Notes under the pieces: model-generated
Database searches by the model: none
Seen by the model: only the letters and a program-made list of their open reading frames with translations
What the model was told of the DNA's origin: nothing
DNA from: Takakia lepidozioides
Taxonomy: Eukaryota; Plantae; Bryophyta
Reading direction: 5' to 3'
DNA length: 64,000 bases
NCBI GenBank assembly: GCA_030704615.1
Contig: CM060731.1
Coordinates: 65,720,001-65,784,000 of the forward strand
In this document: piece after piece, positions 22,055 to 37,000 of the stretch
How the letters are laid out: the number at the start of each line of letters is the position of its first letter
How positions within the stretch are numbered: position 1 is the stretch's first letter
Translations under genes and position numbers: made by a program

Positions 22055-25000
22055 TCAACACAGCTGCTTTGTTGAGTCCATTCGAATCTTGGCTGGATCT
22101 CCAGCTTCAGGTTTGCTGCTTCTACGTCCAGCTCTTCCTATGCTGGCCTCTGTCTTTTTGGGTGTTTCTGATCCGACCCGACAGAGTCGCTCAAATTCCC
22201 GTTCTGTAAATTGCTCCCCATACGACCGTGCCTGTCATACAAGCCCCCAAGAAATATTTGTTGGTAGGTTTGGGCATCTGTGTTGCCCCAGTTACGGCCG
22301 TTAGAAGGTGTCCACCTTCCAAACGGAAGGCAGTAGCCCTTGGGTGAAGTGACACGATAAGTTATACCTGCTTCGGCAGGAGTCTTCCTCCTCCTAACTC
22401 GGTTAAGGATGTGACTCACTTTAGAAAATATTTACTCTTCATACGGAAGGGAATTACCTCTCTAACTTCATCTGACATACACTAAGCCCATCATCCAGAA
22501 CCTAACAAGTAACCATGTTGGGGATGGAACTCATTTTACAGGGAAATTTGCACTTCATACGCAAGGGAATTACCTCTCCAACCATTATCTATTGACATAA
22601 ACACCAAACATGGAACAATAATAATCCTTTTCACACACAAGGGGAATATCTTCCCCAACCTTCATGTATATGGCATAAACACCAAACATGGACCATATCT
22701 ATTTGACATCCACACCATACCCTCTTCATACCCTCTTCCGGGAATATCCACTCCAACCTTCATTTATGTGAAAACACCACACCCTCTTTGCACTCATCAA
22801 ATATCCTTCCTGCCTTCATCCACATGACATACACACAGAGACATACAGACTAAACATCAACAAGTTGGATGCAAGGAAATTACCTCTCTTGCACGTTTCC
22901 CCCTTCCATAATGTTGAGTGTCTGCCTCCCCACCTCCCGGTCTTTGCCTCTCCACTACTTTTGCTGTCTCATATTGAAGTATAGAAATAATAGGGCCTAG
23001 CTCTCCTTCCTCAACCAAGCGGGGCGGAAGTGGTATGAGATCTTTCCCACTTTTGTTTTGTGCACATTGCTTCCATCGAGCCTGTTTGATTCAGACAAGG
23101 ATTTGAGGTACATATATTAGTAGAGTATTTCAATTGTAACCAAGACATTTGCATCAAAAACTTGGGGACTAAAACATAGGTTGTCTCCAAACATCTACAA
23201 AAACATCACCTCTTCCTCTTGCTGCCGCATCTTGTCAACTCCCTCAAAGATATCGAGTTCCGCATCACTGCATGCCAGGATGTCGTGAGCCAAATGCAAC
23301 CAAAGTCTAGGTCCATGCACCTAAACACCTTCTCATTCAACCCTCTTCGGTCTAGCCAATAATGCTTACCTTGGAAATAATGTAATTACGATCCAAAACT
23401 AGAAAGGATCCCGCTGTTCCAATTGGATGTTAATATGCTATTATTTTACTACACTTGCACAGAGGATGTAAATTGATAGGTGTATTTAGAATGTACTCTC
23501 TCTATAAAGCAACTCTAGGCTTTGGTTCTTCCACACGAAACAAATTTTGGAAGTAAATTGTTGAAAGAATCTCTTTGTTTAGAAACCACAGCAATAGAAT
23601 CGCGTACAAACCTGCGAGCCAAGAGATAATTGAGAGCCTCGTCATCGAGAACAGAAGCCACCTCTTCCTTTTTTGATTCCCTTAGAAGTGTTTCAAGGTA
23701 CTCCCTCCTATCTTCAGCACTGCAACGTATCAAGCATCCAATCACATAATTCTAATCAGAGTTGGAATGTTGAAAAAGAAGACCAGGCCACAACCATAAT
23801 CTTGTGCATACGAAGTTGTGTGTCTGGCCAAACAAACTCCAAAAACCTGTCAATTCCTCTCTTTTGCCAGAAAATATTTTGAAGGTGTTTGTTTGTCCTA
23901 TACATCAAATATCACTCAATAGGTTGCGGAGCAGATCATTTTCATACTATGAAAAAATGTAATATCCTCAAACAACCTCCAACAGGAAAATTTTGTCCCG
24001 TCTAAAATAACCTCCAAACTATTAGAGGAGGTTTCCTGTGTCATACAGTAAAATTAAGTCTCGTTTGTGCCACAAGTTTCTGATCGGGTTTAATGGCAGT
24101 TCCATGTAGATAGACCATTCAGCAGCAAGCCAAGAACCCAGAAGTACTGAAGTACTAGGAAGAGCATGGCTCCTTCAGTGCCACCATGCAAATTCCTGCA
24201 CTTGAGGTGTTACCAGGGGCTACAACTTGTATAACTATTTCGATTGAACAGCCCATAAACAAGGACCTTGGCATAGCAAAGGCAATCCAGCATTACATAG
24301 ACTCACTTAGTAGTATGGAGAATGATTAGCAACAACTATGGCAACCCGGTTTCTGCTGAGCACGCAAGGGAGAATCTCCAGGCAATCATGAGGAGATGAG
24401 GGTGGAGGACGCGATGCAGGCAGAGGGGATAGGCAAACCGCAGGAGGAGAAAAAGGGGATTATTGGATTAGCATGATCTGAGGCTTCCTGCTGAGAACTG
24501 AACACAAAAACCCTCTGTTTTTAATGGTAAGTCCTCTTGGTTCTACCCACTTACTGGAGTCAGTTCTATCGTTGGCCCATGAAAGCAATTTAGCAAATCA
24601 GGTTGGCAAGTCCATATCCATTTGGAAGGCTAATAAAGCTCTTAAAGCTCTACCATGACCCCTTCTATATATAATGGAGAGTATTAAACAATGACGAACT
24701 AGCAGATCAGCACCACATCAAACCTCGGTCAATAAGTGGTGGCTAGGATAGTTCGAATATCTAACCATTAATTTTACTAAAACACCTCTACCATGCCCTC
24801 CTATATGTTATGGAGAGTCATTCAAAATGAACTACCACATCAAGCCTTGGTCAAGAAGTGGTGGCTAGTATACATCTAACCTTTGCATGCTACTTGCAAC
24901 CACCAAGGTGTGCAAAGGCAATAATTTGTGAATGAACTAAGAATGCCCCGAAGGTGCCTGTGGATGCCCGATAGGGCTTCTGAGAATCAACTTGAACTTC

Positions 25001-28000
25001 CAACGATGAGCAACACCTGCAACTCTGGGTCAAAGAGGTCCTGTGTATTGAGGGTTGGTCAAGGCTCCTTGGGCAAAAAGGAAAGTTAACTGCCCTGGCA
25101 CAAGGCTGAGAACAGTCTAGGATGGTGGAAAAATATCAGAGTGCTGTTCTGATATGAGAGGTGATGTTACTGAATTGCTCTACCTTTGCCATGGTATGTT
25201 ATATGTCCTCAGCCACTTGCTGATGACCGCATCTAGAAGAAACCTAATGTAGTCCACACTTGAAGTTTTGCTCTCTCTAGCCAAACATGAAGGATCATAA
25301 ATAACCTGACGTTCATGGGCACCAATGAAAATCTGAATTGCAGTGAACGGCTTTATCCCTCACCCAATATACAGGATTAGTCACTTCTTAACGAATGCAT
25401 CCAAACTTAACGTGATCTGAACTTCCGAAGTTTTTGCCCACTCTAGCTAAGGATCAGTAATAACCTGGTGTTGTCATCAAAAAACCCAGCTGTGATGCTC
25501 TGGTTGGCCACCCCTAGCTTGTACTCTGCAGATGCTCTTACATGCTCCTCTATACTACTCACCTGCACATTCTCCCAAGACAAATCTTACAATTTTAAAA
25601 CGATGCTTACTCTTCTTCCCCTTGCATTGGTGCCCATCACATGCCCACTTTTCAATTGCTTAAGCGCAATATGAACAGTACCACAACAGTTAAGCTTGTT
25701 CAAAGAACCACCACACCACCAGTTCTTTGACTTTTCATGAACAATGCAACAACATCAAAGCAACGGTCATCATGATTTTTCTGCACTAGTTACAACAGGA
25801 GAATCCATACCGTTTCAAGTCGCAATACAAGTACATCATGCTTTTGGCCGATTCGGTGAGCTCTTGCTTGTGCTTGAAGGTCCACCTAGGAGACATTGGA
25901 ATTATGACTACTGTTAGTCTTGAGCATAATAGTGTCAAGTGATAACTTCCCCTTGTAGTGCATTAATTACTTTGTGCGTTAAGGGCAACCAAGAACGATC
26001 ACTGTAAGTCCTTCAAACTGCACTAATTATGTTGCAAATACTAGGGCAACTCAGTATTAGAGCTAGTCCACCTGTAGTAACGCACTTCCACAGTTTACTG
26101 CATTAATTTTGCCAATACTAGGGCAACCCAGTTACTTGCTCTCTTCATGGCTATTCGACCATGAAATGGAGCCTGTTTGCTCTTCTCAGCCTACGACTTC
26201 CCCTTGCACTACACTAATAACCAAGGACCAGGTCACGTCCCCCTCACAAATAATTATGGAAACAAAATACTAGGTTACTTCGCCTTTGCACTGCACTAGT
26301 TAATTGTGAATATTAGGGTGACCTAGTTCTCCAGTAGTAGAGCATACTGGTTTGCCCTAGTATTGGCAAATTAATTAATGCAGTGCAAAGGGGAAGTACT
26401 ACTGGCAGAATACTTCTAGTACTTGGTCGCCCTAGTATTTGCAAAATAACTTGTGCAAGTGTCCTTGAACTTGGTTTGCCTAGAATGTGCAAAACTCATC
26501 AGTGCAGTGCGAGGGCAGAGAGACACTACAAAACAGGTCCCGTTTCATGGTCGAATAGCCACAAGGATAGGTTTCACCACTACTAGTTTGCCTAGTATTT
26601 GAAGATTCATTAGTGCAGTGCAAAGGGGAAGTGCCTCACTACTGGCAAAATAGTCTCAGTACTGGGTCGCCTTAGTATTCGCAAAATAATCTGTGCACTG
26701 AAGGGGAAGTGCCCTACTACAGGGAACGTACTTCGTGCACCTGCTACTTGGTTGCCCACGTAATTAGTGAGGGGAAGTCATTGGCAGAGAGAGAACAGCA
26801 AAAAAGATTCGCCATCGAATTGCCGCATGGACAGGCAAGTGGTTGCACTTACTGGGTCGCCCTAGTATTTGCAAAATGATTAGTGCAGTGCAAAGGGATA
26901 GTGCCCTACTGCTGGCAGATTACTTACTGCAGTGCGAAGGGTGACCTAGTACTTGGTTTCTCTAGTAGCGCAAGGTGATAGCTCAGTGTGAGGGGAAGTC
27001 ATAGGAGAACAGTGAAAAAGATTCCATTTCAAGGTCAAATAGCCTCATGGAGAGGCAAAGAACTGGATTACACTATTATTGGGTTGCCCTTATATTCGCA
27101 TTGTAATCAGTGTGGTGCAACCCATTTATTTGCCTGTCCTTGTGGCTACTCAACCACATAAGTGGAATCTTTTCAGTTGTTCTCCTCTGCCTAATTTCCG
27201 TACAACTGTCAACCTGATCAACTTCCACATGTTACTTGCTTGTGGTACTTGGCAGCGCATGGCAACAACTAGCTACCTCAGTCAACTGGGATTAAGATAC
27301 CTTCAGCATGCATTCTCGATCACAGCCACATTTGACCATAGATTCCACCATCAAACGAGAGCAGTGCCTCAGATGGAAGGAAGGAGGATGTGAATTACAA
27401 TGCACATAGTCCACCTCATGATGTAGCTCATGTGAACCTTTTGATGACACTTGGAACACTGGCTGATGCAATCTAGGAAAAATTCCTTAAGATGCAAATT
27501 GAGAGTAATGGGTCTGGGAACATCAATATGAGCGAAGCATTCCATTCACTCATCTCACAAAGGTCAAGAACCCTTCCAGCAATTGCTGTCTAGGCATCAA
27601 ATTTCATATGTGCATCAGGCACATTGGATTTGCTGTTGTATGGCAAAGATCTACATCCAGATAATGTATGTGCATTAAACAGAGAGGAAAGAGGTCCTTT
27701 TCCTGGCCACAAAGTCAATTAGCAAGTCTCTGACAAGTCCACCAATATTTAGCGTAGACTTTCTGTAGATCATGCAGGTATGTGAGTTGTGAGTTCACAG
27801 GTCTCCCTAATCGACCTATATTTGGCATAACTTCTGTAGATGCTAGATGACGCAGTGTATGTGAGTTCGATTTCAAGCTATCTTGCAGATCCAGGAAACA
27901 AGTAACAAGAAGTTGCAAAAAATATAATTCATGTGCTAGACGAGAGCAAAATGCAGTGATGGGATAGGAAATTTTGTGCGTAAGGTTTTCCTGCGTAGTT

Positions 28001-31000
28001 TAGGACATATCCTATAGAGTGCATCGTGAAATTGTCTTCAGTGATAGGAGAGGTTTGAAAAGGGTAAACGTGGCATTTTCGGCTTTTCAAAATTGCCTGA
28101 AGTTCTCGTTGTCTTATTGCAGGTGTCTGCCACACCAAACATTGTTTCTGGAATTTATGGCAACGGACCCCATAGTGCAACTGCGCATTGGGGAAATCAG
28201 TTTGTTGTGCCTTCTAAGAAGTTCAGGAAAAACACAGCATGGATCGCAAGCCCTAAAAGTCAGGCTAAATACCGACAATCTCAAGAGACATCAGGATGGA
28301 CTGTGGACGACTTGTAAATCATCCACATTACCATTTTGCACTGACTACTCAAAAACCCAAAAGCAGAAGTGCAAACCCCAGCTGGTTCATAGCAAAGAGA
28401 GCATGACGAAGAAGGGTATCTGGTCTAATCTTTGCAATGGCATCCTTAGCAGCTTTGTTAGGCTCTAGCCCTTGCCTCCTCTCCACAACATTGAGTTCAT
28501 GCATAAGAGCTGGAGACCCTAGACAGAGACATTTCCTTCACTACATTGTATGAAGTTGCAATGTTGGTAGCTGACATCATATTCAGATTAAGACAGTTGA
28601 ACAAACCTGAGGGTTCCAGTCTGTGTCAAAGATGACAACAGTATCAGCTGCTTGCAAGTTGATACCAATGCCTCCCGCCCGAATGCTGTCATGCAAACCA
28701 GGCAACCCTTTGTCAAGAGACACAGGGAAAGCTTTGTGTGCAAGTTTCCATGCATGACCGACACAATACTCCATGGATATAATATGAGGTTTGAAGCACT
28801 CAATAAAACGATCTCTCTGAAATGCAACCTGCCTCCAACTGCAGACCATCATATCTGTACACCTAAGGTACACGTAATAAGAACCCTGAAACTGGGTCCA
28901 AACTAACATATTTACTTCTGGCTGCAAGGCTCTGCGCAGGGTCCAATCTAAAAGTATGTTGGCCTCGTATTTCCAGCAAATCAATGGCCTGAAAGATTCT
29001 AGAATTGCAGGTCTTTCCAGCAGGAAACGCCGTATAGCCAGTACTATTTTCTATGTCTCTCAGGTTAGGGGCCTATATATATATTAATAATAAACCTGCT
29101 TTGTACTGTGTACTAGAATGTCTACGATAAAACATCTGAACGCAATTTTTTTTACTACCAAACACCTATGAACTGAGGGCGCAGAATGACAATCAAAACA
29201 GAAATCCAGGCCAGAAGATTAAATCAACCTGAGCAGAAATAAAAAAACATCTGAATCAGGTGAATTGAAATTGTCAATGAGGGCACCACGCTCACTTCCA
29301 CCCGTTGAGCCGTCCAAGCGCAAGTAACGGTAACCTTTCCATTCCAGATAGTCTTCCATTACATCCAACAGCCTTGTCATTGTTGAGAAGAACAAAACCT
29401 ACCATATCCCCCACATCAAAGACATAAACTGTCACGCCATTTGATCTCCATGTACTCTTGACTTCAGTAGCCTTCCAAGTTATGAGACCAACATATGAAA
29501 CCGGCTGTTCTGATGGTATGAACCCCCTAGAAAAACTCGCCACAGCCTAACACCCTGCACAGTAAGGACAAAGCTAGACAGTAGACAACCATACAAAAAT
29601 GGTAAAACCAGCCTCCTTCCTCACAAGCTAGGACTGGGAAGTCAAAGCCTAAAAAATCAGCAGCATGACAGTGTGATGCAGACCTTGACAATCTCCCTCA
29701 CAGTATACCCTAAGTCCAAACATTGATGTCTTAAAAGTTCTCAGATCAGAATAGACTGCATCAGCAAATACCTGACACAATCTGTAAGCAGTAACAACTA
29801 CCACAAGTCCAAAAAATGTGATTGGCAGTTTGCTCACTGTACCAAGGCTGATTTTGAGAACCTCTCTTGAGAAACAAGGCAACAACCAACACTCCCATAC
29901 CCTGCAAGGGTTCTCATAATCTCATGGGAGTAGGAATTAAACTCATGTGACAGTTCAGTAGTCAGAGGGATAGCCTATACTGTGAAGAACCTCAATTACA
30001 AACTCACTCGATGATTTGCAGCCTTCAGTTTGGGTAGAATGCGGTCGAGCATTTCCAGCTTTCCACAGAGCCGAACAACGAGGGGCAGATAATGAGCTGG
30101 CAACACTTTCTCAGTCTGCAACACACAACACAAACCCTGAGGACATGCTATATGCACCCTCTGCCTCTCACCTCAATCACAAATTTACAGCAAAAGACTG
30201 TCACCACTAGAATGTCACCTCTTCTGAGTGAAGCTGGCTGAGATAAGGATGGTTACAAATGTTGCGAAGCTCCATCACAGTATTTTGAATTGATCGACCC
30301 TGCCATCACATTGGTTCATGATAAGTCACCCGATATAATACTCATCTCAATGCCTTTGAGATCCAGCAGAAGATTTCACATGAACTCCAGGCACAGACTT
30401 TTCTCAAAAAAGGAACAAATCTCAACAAGTTCAGAGTATGCAACCACCTTTGGAGGCACTATACCTTTGCATGTCCCAAAGACCCCATCTTCTCTTTGAC
30501 ACGCTTCATAAGCAATTTTTGGTAAGCAGATGCTTCGCACCTCACCAGTCGTTCCAGCTTCTCTGGAAGCTCATTCTCAACCTTAACATGCCAATCCGAC
30601 ATAAATCCCTCAGCTAAGCGGTTAACTAATCCAGGCTCCTTGCTCATTGCCATTTTGAAGCAGGAACCTCTCCTAACTGAGATGCACCCAATGTCTGCTT
30701 GCAAGATTCCAAGGTCAAACTGATCTCTTACCAAGGAAAAGACAGGGAACCGAGACACAAATCCAGGTACCTAGTAAGAAATACACACCACACTTACCCA
30801 AAGTTTAGACATGCCACATTTCACACAATAAGCCACATGCCAAATCTGACACAAATAACTACACGCACACCTCCTTATTTCAGCAGATCCGTTGTCCTGA
30901 AATGCAGATGTTTTACCTTATGCTTTAACCTCCGAAGCATGAATGGTCGCAAAACTTGATGGAGGCGGTTGATAATAAGGAGATTCTCCTCTTCTGTCAA

Positions 31001-34000
31001 CAAAGCCTGTAGTACACATCAACCAGAAACTTACTGACTGAAAAACACAAGCCATGCACTATTTCAGAGAGCCAAAAATCAGAGACATCATCACCTGGTC
31101 ATCAGCAGCAGGGTCAGCCACATTCTCGAAAGGCTTGTTAAACCATTGAGCAAAGTCATCTGAAGAATTGAAGATGCTTGGCAGCAAGAAGTTCAGCAGC
31201 GCCCACAGCTCTTCCAGATTGTTCTGAAACACAGACAACAACCAGCGGTGAGTTCAATACACATGCAATGCCCAGAGGTTAAGTCTTGCCTATTTTCCAA
31301 GCAGATCAACAAATTTGTAACCTGCATACACAGTTAGTACCTGGATGGGAGTTCCTGTGAGTAACAGCCTGTTGTTGCTCTGGTAATGTTTCAGTTCAGC
31401 ATTGAGCTTGCACGATGCATTCTTTATGCGATGGCCTTCGTCAATGATGATGTAGTGCCATGCTATCTTGCATAGCTTTGGCCTATCATGCTTATTCATC
31501 AGGTATTCATAAGTAGTTACGAGGACGTTGAATTGCTGCTGCACAATCTCTTCCCTATATTCACAACCAACATGCAATCAGTACTAATGACGAGCACATA
31601 GCAATTCTGATACTTGAAAATGTCTTACCATGATTGAATTTGGTTGGCCAGAATCACTCAATCTCTTGAACGTTCAAACAAAATCAATGTGGGACCTAGT
31701 AAGCTCTGAGCTCACATGTAAGAGGGAACCAGGGTAAAAAGATAGCCACACCCAATAGCCACACCAAGAGTAAAACAAGTGGAGGACTTGTCTCTGATCG
31801 GAGCCCAAAAAGCCCATACACCCTTCTCTGGTTCCAATACTCCACAAGGCTTTGAGTCTCCATCATGGGATCTTTCCAACTTACTTGAAAATACGGCGAC
31901 GTTCTTCGGGAGAACCAGTGTATGCTACCTTGCAGATGCGCGGAGCCCACCGACTAATTTCTGCCAACCAATTTGGCAAAACTGATGATGGCACGACAAC
32001 CAAGAAAGGCCCGCGGTCATTCTTCTTATCGATCAGATGACAAATGAGTGCAATCACCTGTCAAAACCGAAAGGTGCCGTGTCACTAAAAAGGAACTTAC
32101 AATCACATCGCAAGAAATTTCATGTAGAGCAAGACAGTATTTGGTATGAATAGGAGTCTCAGTGTTTAGAACCTGAACAGTCTTTCCCAATCCCATTTCA
32201 TCAGCAAGGATTCCATTGAGATGATTGTTGTATAGGGATGCCATCCATCGCAGGCCACTCATCTGGTACCTGTGAGCCAACAGGATGACAAACAGCTGCA
32301 TTTGTAAAAGCAGAATGACAGTATTTAGGAATTCCAGCTTGTTGAAGAATGGATTTTCCATATATAGACCCTCTTTCCACAACTTCTGTTGCGAGCATGA
32401 GAAAAGTCATATGGTCTGCAAAGATCCATGGTATAAGAAAGTTCTAGTTTACAAAGCAACTTACTCACGCAGCGTGCCACCTTCAAGCATGCGTGGCTGT
32501 TCATCAAGAATCTCCTTCACACTGCAAGCAGAGAACATCGATCTCAGGCTTAGGTCTAACTAAGAAAGAAAGCAATACCAATGTAACTAGCTAAACTGTA
32601 GCTGAAGAAGCAGGATCCCAAATAAGAAATGCCATGGAGCAGAGCCTTTGGAATGTTCTGAAAGATCATGAAAGCTCACATTGTAGACAGCATCATCAGT
32701 AGAATCACACTACAAGTAAGGTCACCTGTGTGCTAGCAAGTAATACTTCTCGTTGCTTTCCAGATAATGCTGCACAATCCAGCCAGAATGTACTCCATGT
32801 CAAAATTATCACTCCAGTTCTAACAGAGTGGCAGCATGTTCAAGAAGCAAGAGGTGGACAGAAACGGTAAATTCGATCTCTAGAGTCCTCTAGAGTCCTG
32901 CAGTCCTCTTTCTTTGTAGGAGCTTTAGTACTTGTGACAAGGCTTGGGTCTAGAAAATTTCTGGATCTATCACGGTCCCATAACCATTTAGGCTTCTAGC
33001 GCTATTCTTCAATATTTTGCTGAACTTGTTTGGGGGACTGCCAGTATTGGTGGTCATACCTGGGCTTGGTCTTTGTTGTCTGCTGCATCATCAAAAACAC
33101 CATTGGTCTCCCCCACATCACTCTCCAGCATTGCCAGCTCCTTTTGTTGCTGCAGCTTTACCCCCAACTTTGACAAATAGGCCTCTGTTTCTTTCAAAAG
33201 CTTCTGAACTCTATCTGATTTTGTATCCTGTGACATCCGAAACAGCCATCATTGAGTCAGCTTTCTGACCCACGGTGATGGCATCAGACAGAATGGAAAT
33301 AAGGTGAGGCCAACTCACTAAAAGATCACACAACAAAAGAAGAAACTACTTACTTGAACCATGCGAAGATAACCTTCAACATCATTGTTCTTCAGAAGAC
33401 TGATCTTGTCTCGCTGTAGCTTGTCCACCTTCTCACGATGTGCTCGTTCTTTTCGTTTATGAAACTCCCTTACATACCGATTAAAACCCCTCCACCGTTC
33501 TCTCTTGCCCTTAAACCAATCTTCAAGTCTTTCCCTGTAATACAACCAAAATCCTTGTCTGAGCACTTACATGGTAGCAAAAGTGTACATGGACCTTGAG
33601 TCCACACCTTTTGCCAGATGTGAGTTGCTTCTGACAACCCCTGACATCAGGACAAGAAAGGGTACCTGGCAGCTCTTATTGAACTCAATTAAGTGTGCAA
33701 GGCCAGCCACAAACTCAGCAAGACCAAAGTAGCTCCAACATGGAGAAATTTGTTATCAGTAAGATCTATAAATCATATGTACAGCTCCTGCTTCACACTC
33801 ATAGACCCAGAGACAGGCCAATGCTATGGCTGGTAACAATCAGTTTGATTGAGGTTGAGTATGTTGATTTCATGATTTAGAAAATTCTGAAAAAGCGAGG
33901 TGCTTCAATGGAAGGACTACTATTGGTTCAATGAACAACAGCTCGAGTCGCTCCCCTCCAGAACTGGACTTTCAGAGACAATTTGCAATATCAGGCACAA

Positions 34001-37000
34001 TGACATAGCTGCCTGCCCCTCCATGAATTAACAGTGGTAACTAAAAAAGAAATGACAAGCTCTTCAACTTCCACACTAGCCATGACACTCAAGTACATGA
34101 CAGAGATACCATACAGCAAACTGCTTAAGCAAACCTACCCATACTGGATCAAGCTGCTGAAATAGGATACCATAGTGGTCTCTGTCAAATTGATTAGACA
34201 ACCTAAGAATGAGTTTACTTCAACATCTTGCCAATTGCTGCACCAATCACCAGGAGTTTCCATTGAAATGCGACGCCATGGCTTGGAAACCGACTCCTTG
34301 GTGTGGGACATCACAACTTGGAAGTTAGTTTCCACATACACAGCTGCATCTTGATTCCATATTAGCCACTTACTTATGTACTTCAACCTCTCGAAAAAAT
34401 TCCCTTTGCCTCTCCTTCATGCGCCGCTGCCGTTCTTCTTTTTGCTTCAGCTCCAGTCTTTCCAACTGCTTCAGTCGCTTTCCTGCTCTGTTCCTCTTCA
34501 TGGTCCGCAAAATTGCCATATCAGGGATCACAGGCTTGAAAAAGTCCCGCAGAAAGTCCCTGATCATGACAGTCCATAAGAAGCAAGTGAGATACAAGGC
34601 AGAAGACACTAAGAGACCCCTAAGGACAAACGTACAAGAGGACAATGCATCTGCATGAACCTCCATAAGATGGGAGCTAGATGAATCTATGACAAAAACA
34701 AAGGCCACGGTGATATTTTACTGCCAGTGGACGTCCACAAATTGCCATAACCAGCAGACGTCCCATAAATACTCAGTCAAAGGAACACCCAGTCAATGAT
34801 CAAGTTTCCCTCAGCTCCAATTGTGAAGATCTGAGATGAAGAAGCACCTGCGCAACGTTCGCTGCAGGTCAACAAGTTGTAGCTTCTTCAACTCAATCAC
34901 ACTCTTCGTTTTTGTTGCGATGTCCTCTGAGGAGTTCACTGCACCCTGTCACCACACAAGCGACTGATGCCTAAATCAGCCTGAAACAAAAAAGATATCC
35001 CTGATATGGACTGCATACTGAGATGAGGAAAAGGTGAAGTAACAGGGCTACAACTCAAACCAAAAGTCTCATTGAAACAAGTATGCAAGAGCAAACAGAG
35101 GTGGCACATTAAGGCACAAGCACATGCATTTTATAATAGTGTCTCTACCTATGGCAACTGTCATCTGACACCACACATGCTTTAGATCCCCTCTAAGATA
35201 ACAAGCTGACATTAGACCAACTCAAATAGATCCCTTTGTATTGTTGCAAGATATTTTGCACAAAAACGAATTCTTACCGTCAGATCACAACGTCGTATGA
35301 CTATTTCTTCCTGAGTGTGTTTATGCTTTTGTGCCCAGTGTTGATCTGCAAGAGCCTTGCGTTTGCGCTCATCCACAGTCCACTTCTCAAAGATGGTGTA
35401 CTGGGGTCGGCAGGTATACGCTGCCCTTGCTTCAGGCAGGTTGTCCTCAACCTCATCCTCAGTGCATTTTGTGGTCCAGCCACCCGGAGTATCATGGCTG
35501 CTAATCAAGGCCCCACTTCTCTCCAAAGGCACATGGGCCTGCATGTTCTGACTTGTTTGAACCATCCCCGTGTACTGACTATCAAGATCCTTTTGTTGAA
35601 ATGGAGCTGCTTTCAATGATCCCCCGGTCTGAAAGGGAACTCCAGCGACGTTTCTCACATGTGGTGGGCGAGTGGCAGTGCTGGGGCCCCCTGAATGCGC
35701 AGCATTTGTTCTCAAAGAAGAGTTGAAAGAGTCAGCAGCTTGCAAAAATGCCTCCATGCCAACATACTCTCCATTTGGCAGAAGTAGCATATGATTTTTG
35801 AACATGGTTGACGTCTTCGGGCCCTCTTTTAAAATGTCAGCCAGTGCACCAACACTTCCAACTCGATGACCAACCATACTACTATCCACCTCTGGCTTCT
35901 CAACTTGTCCCTGACCTTCATCCACCTTTGTCACCTGTGAGGATGGTGCAGCTGGTACGCTTTCATTAAAACGTTGCAAGTCTTGGCCTGTTGACCATTT
36001 TGCCATCTTAACGGCTGCACCCTCTGCTTCACAGGCCGCTCTACCTTGGTAGCCCCTGTCCTTCTGTGAGACTACAGTGTGATGGCTAGATGGCACTTCA
36101 GCATGACTTACACTGACCGAAGCTTCCACCTTCCTAAGCTCTGCTGTTGCTGCTGCAGGCCCTGAAGTGACAGTATTCCTGGAGTCTTCTTCTGCACTAG
36201 CTGCCATTGCTGCCTGCTTGTTTTTGTCAGAATCAAGCAGCGAATTGGCTTCAGCATTCATACGCTCCACGTCCCTTTGTCTCTTTCTATCAGCTATAAC
36301 CTGCTTCCTCTCTTCAGCTGATAAATTAGGATCAATGCGGGGGTACCTTTTCCTCAAAGGGGTAGTCTTTTTCCCAATTTCAGGTTCGGTGGAAGCAGGA
36401 TGGACAACAGCTGGCACCTGATGCTGAGTCTTTGATGGTGCAGGACCAGCCTGATTTCTAGGAACTTTGACTGAGACACTTTTTTCAGGTTCATTCACTT
36501 CTGAGCACTTGGCCTTTTCCTTCTCCAAGACAGTCCCTCCCAAGTCTTCAGCCTGCATGGCTTTAGCTTTACCAGTTTCCTCCAAGAGTGTTTGTCCAGA
36601 ATCCTTTGCCTCCTCTGAATCCCTTGATTTTCCAGTACTCTCGGAGACACCATCTCCCAAACCTGGAGCAAGAGGATTCCGACCAACTGGATTTCGAGCG
36701 ATGGGATTCGGAGCAATGGGTTTCTGAACAATGGGATTCTGAGCAATGGGTTTCTGAACAATGGGATTCTGAGCAATGGGTTTCTGAACAATGGGATTCT
36801 GAGCAATGGGTTTCTGAGCAATGGGATTCTGAGCAATGGGATGCTGAGCAATGGGATGCTGAGCAATGAAATGCTGAGCAATGGGATTCGGAGCAATGGG
36901 ATTCCGAGCAATGAGATTCTGAGCAATGGGATTCAAAACCATGGAATTTGGAGCCATGGGATTTGGGCCAATTTGATTCTGAGCATTGGGATACTGGGCA

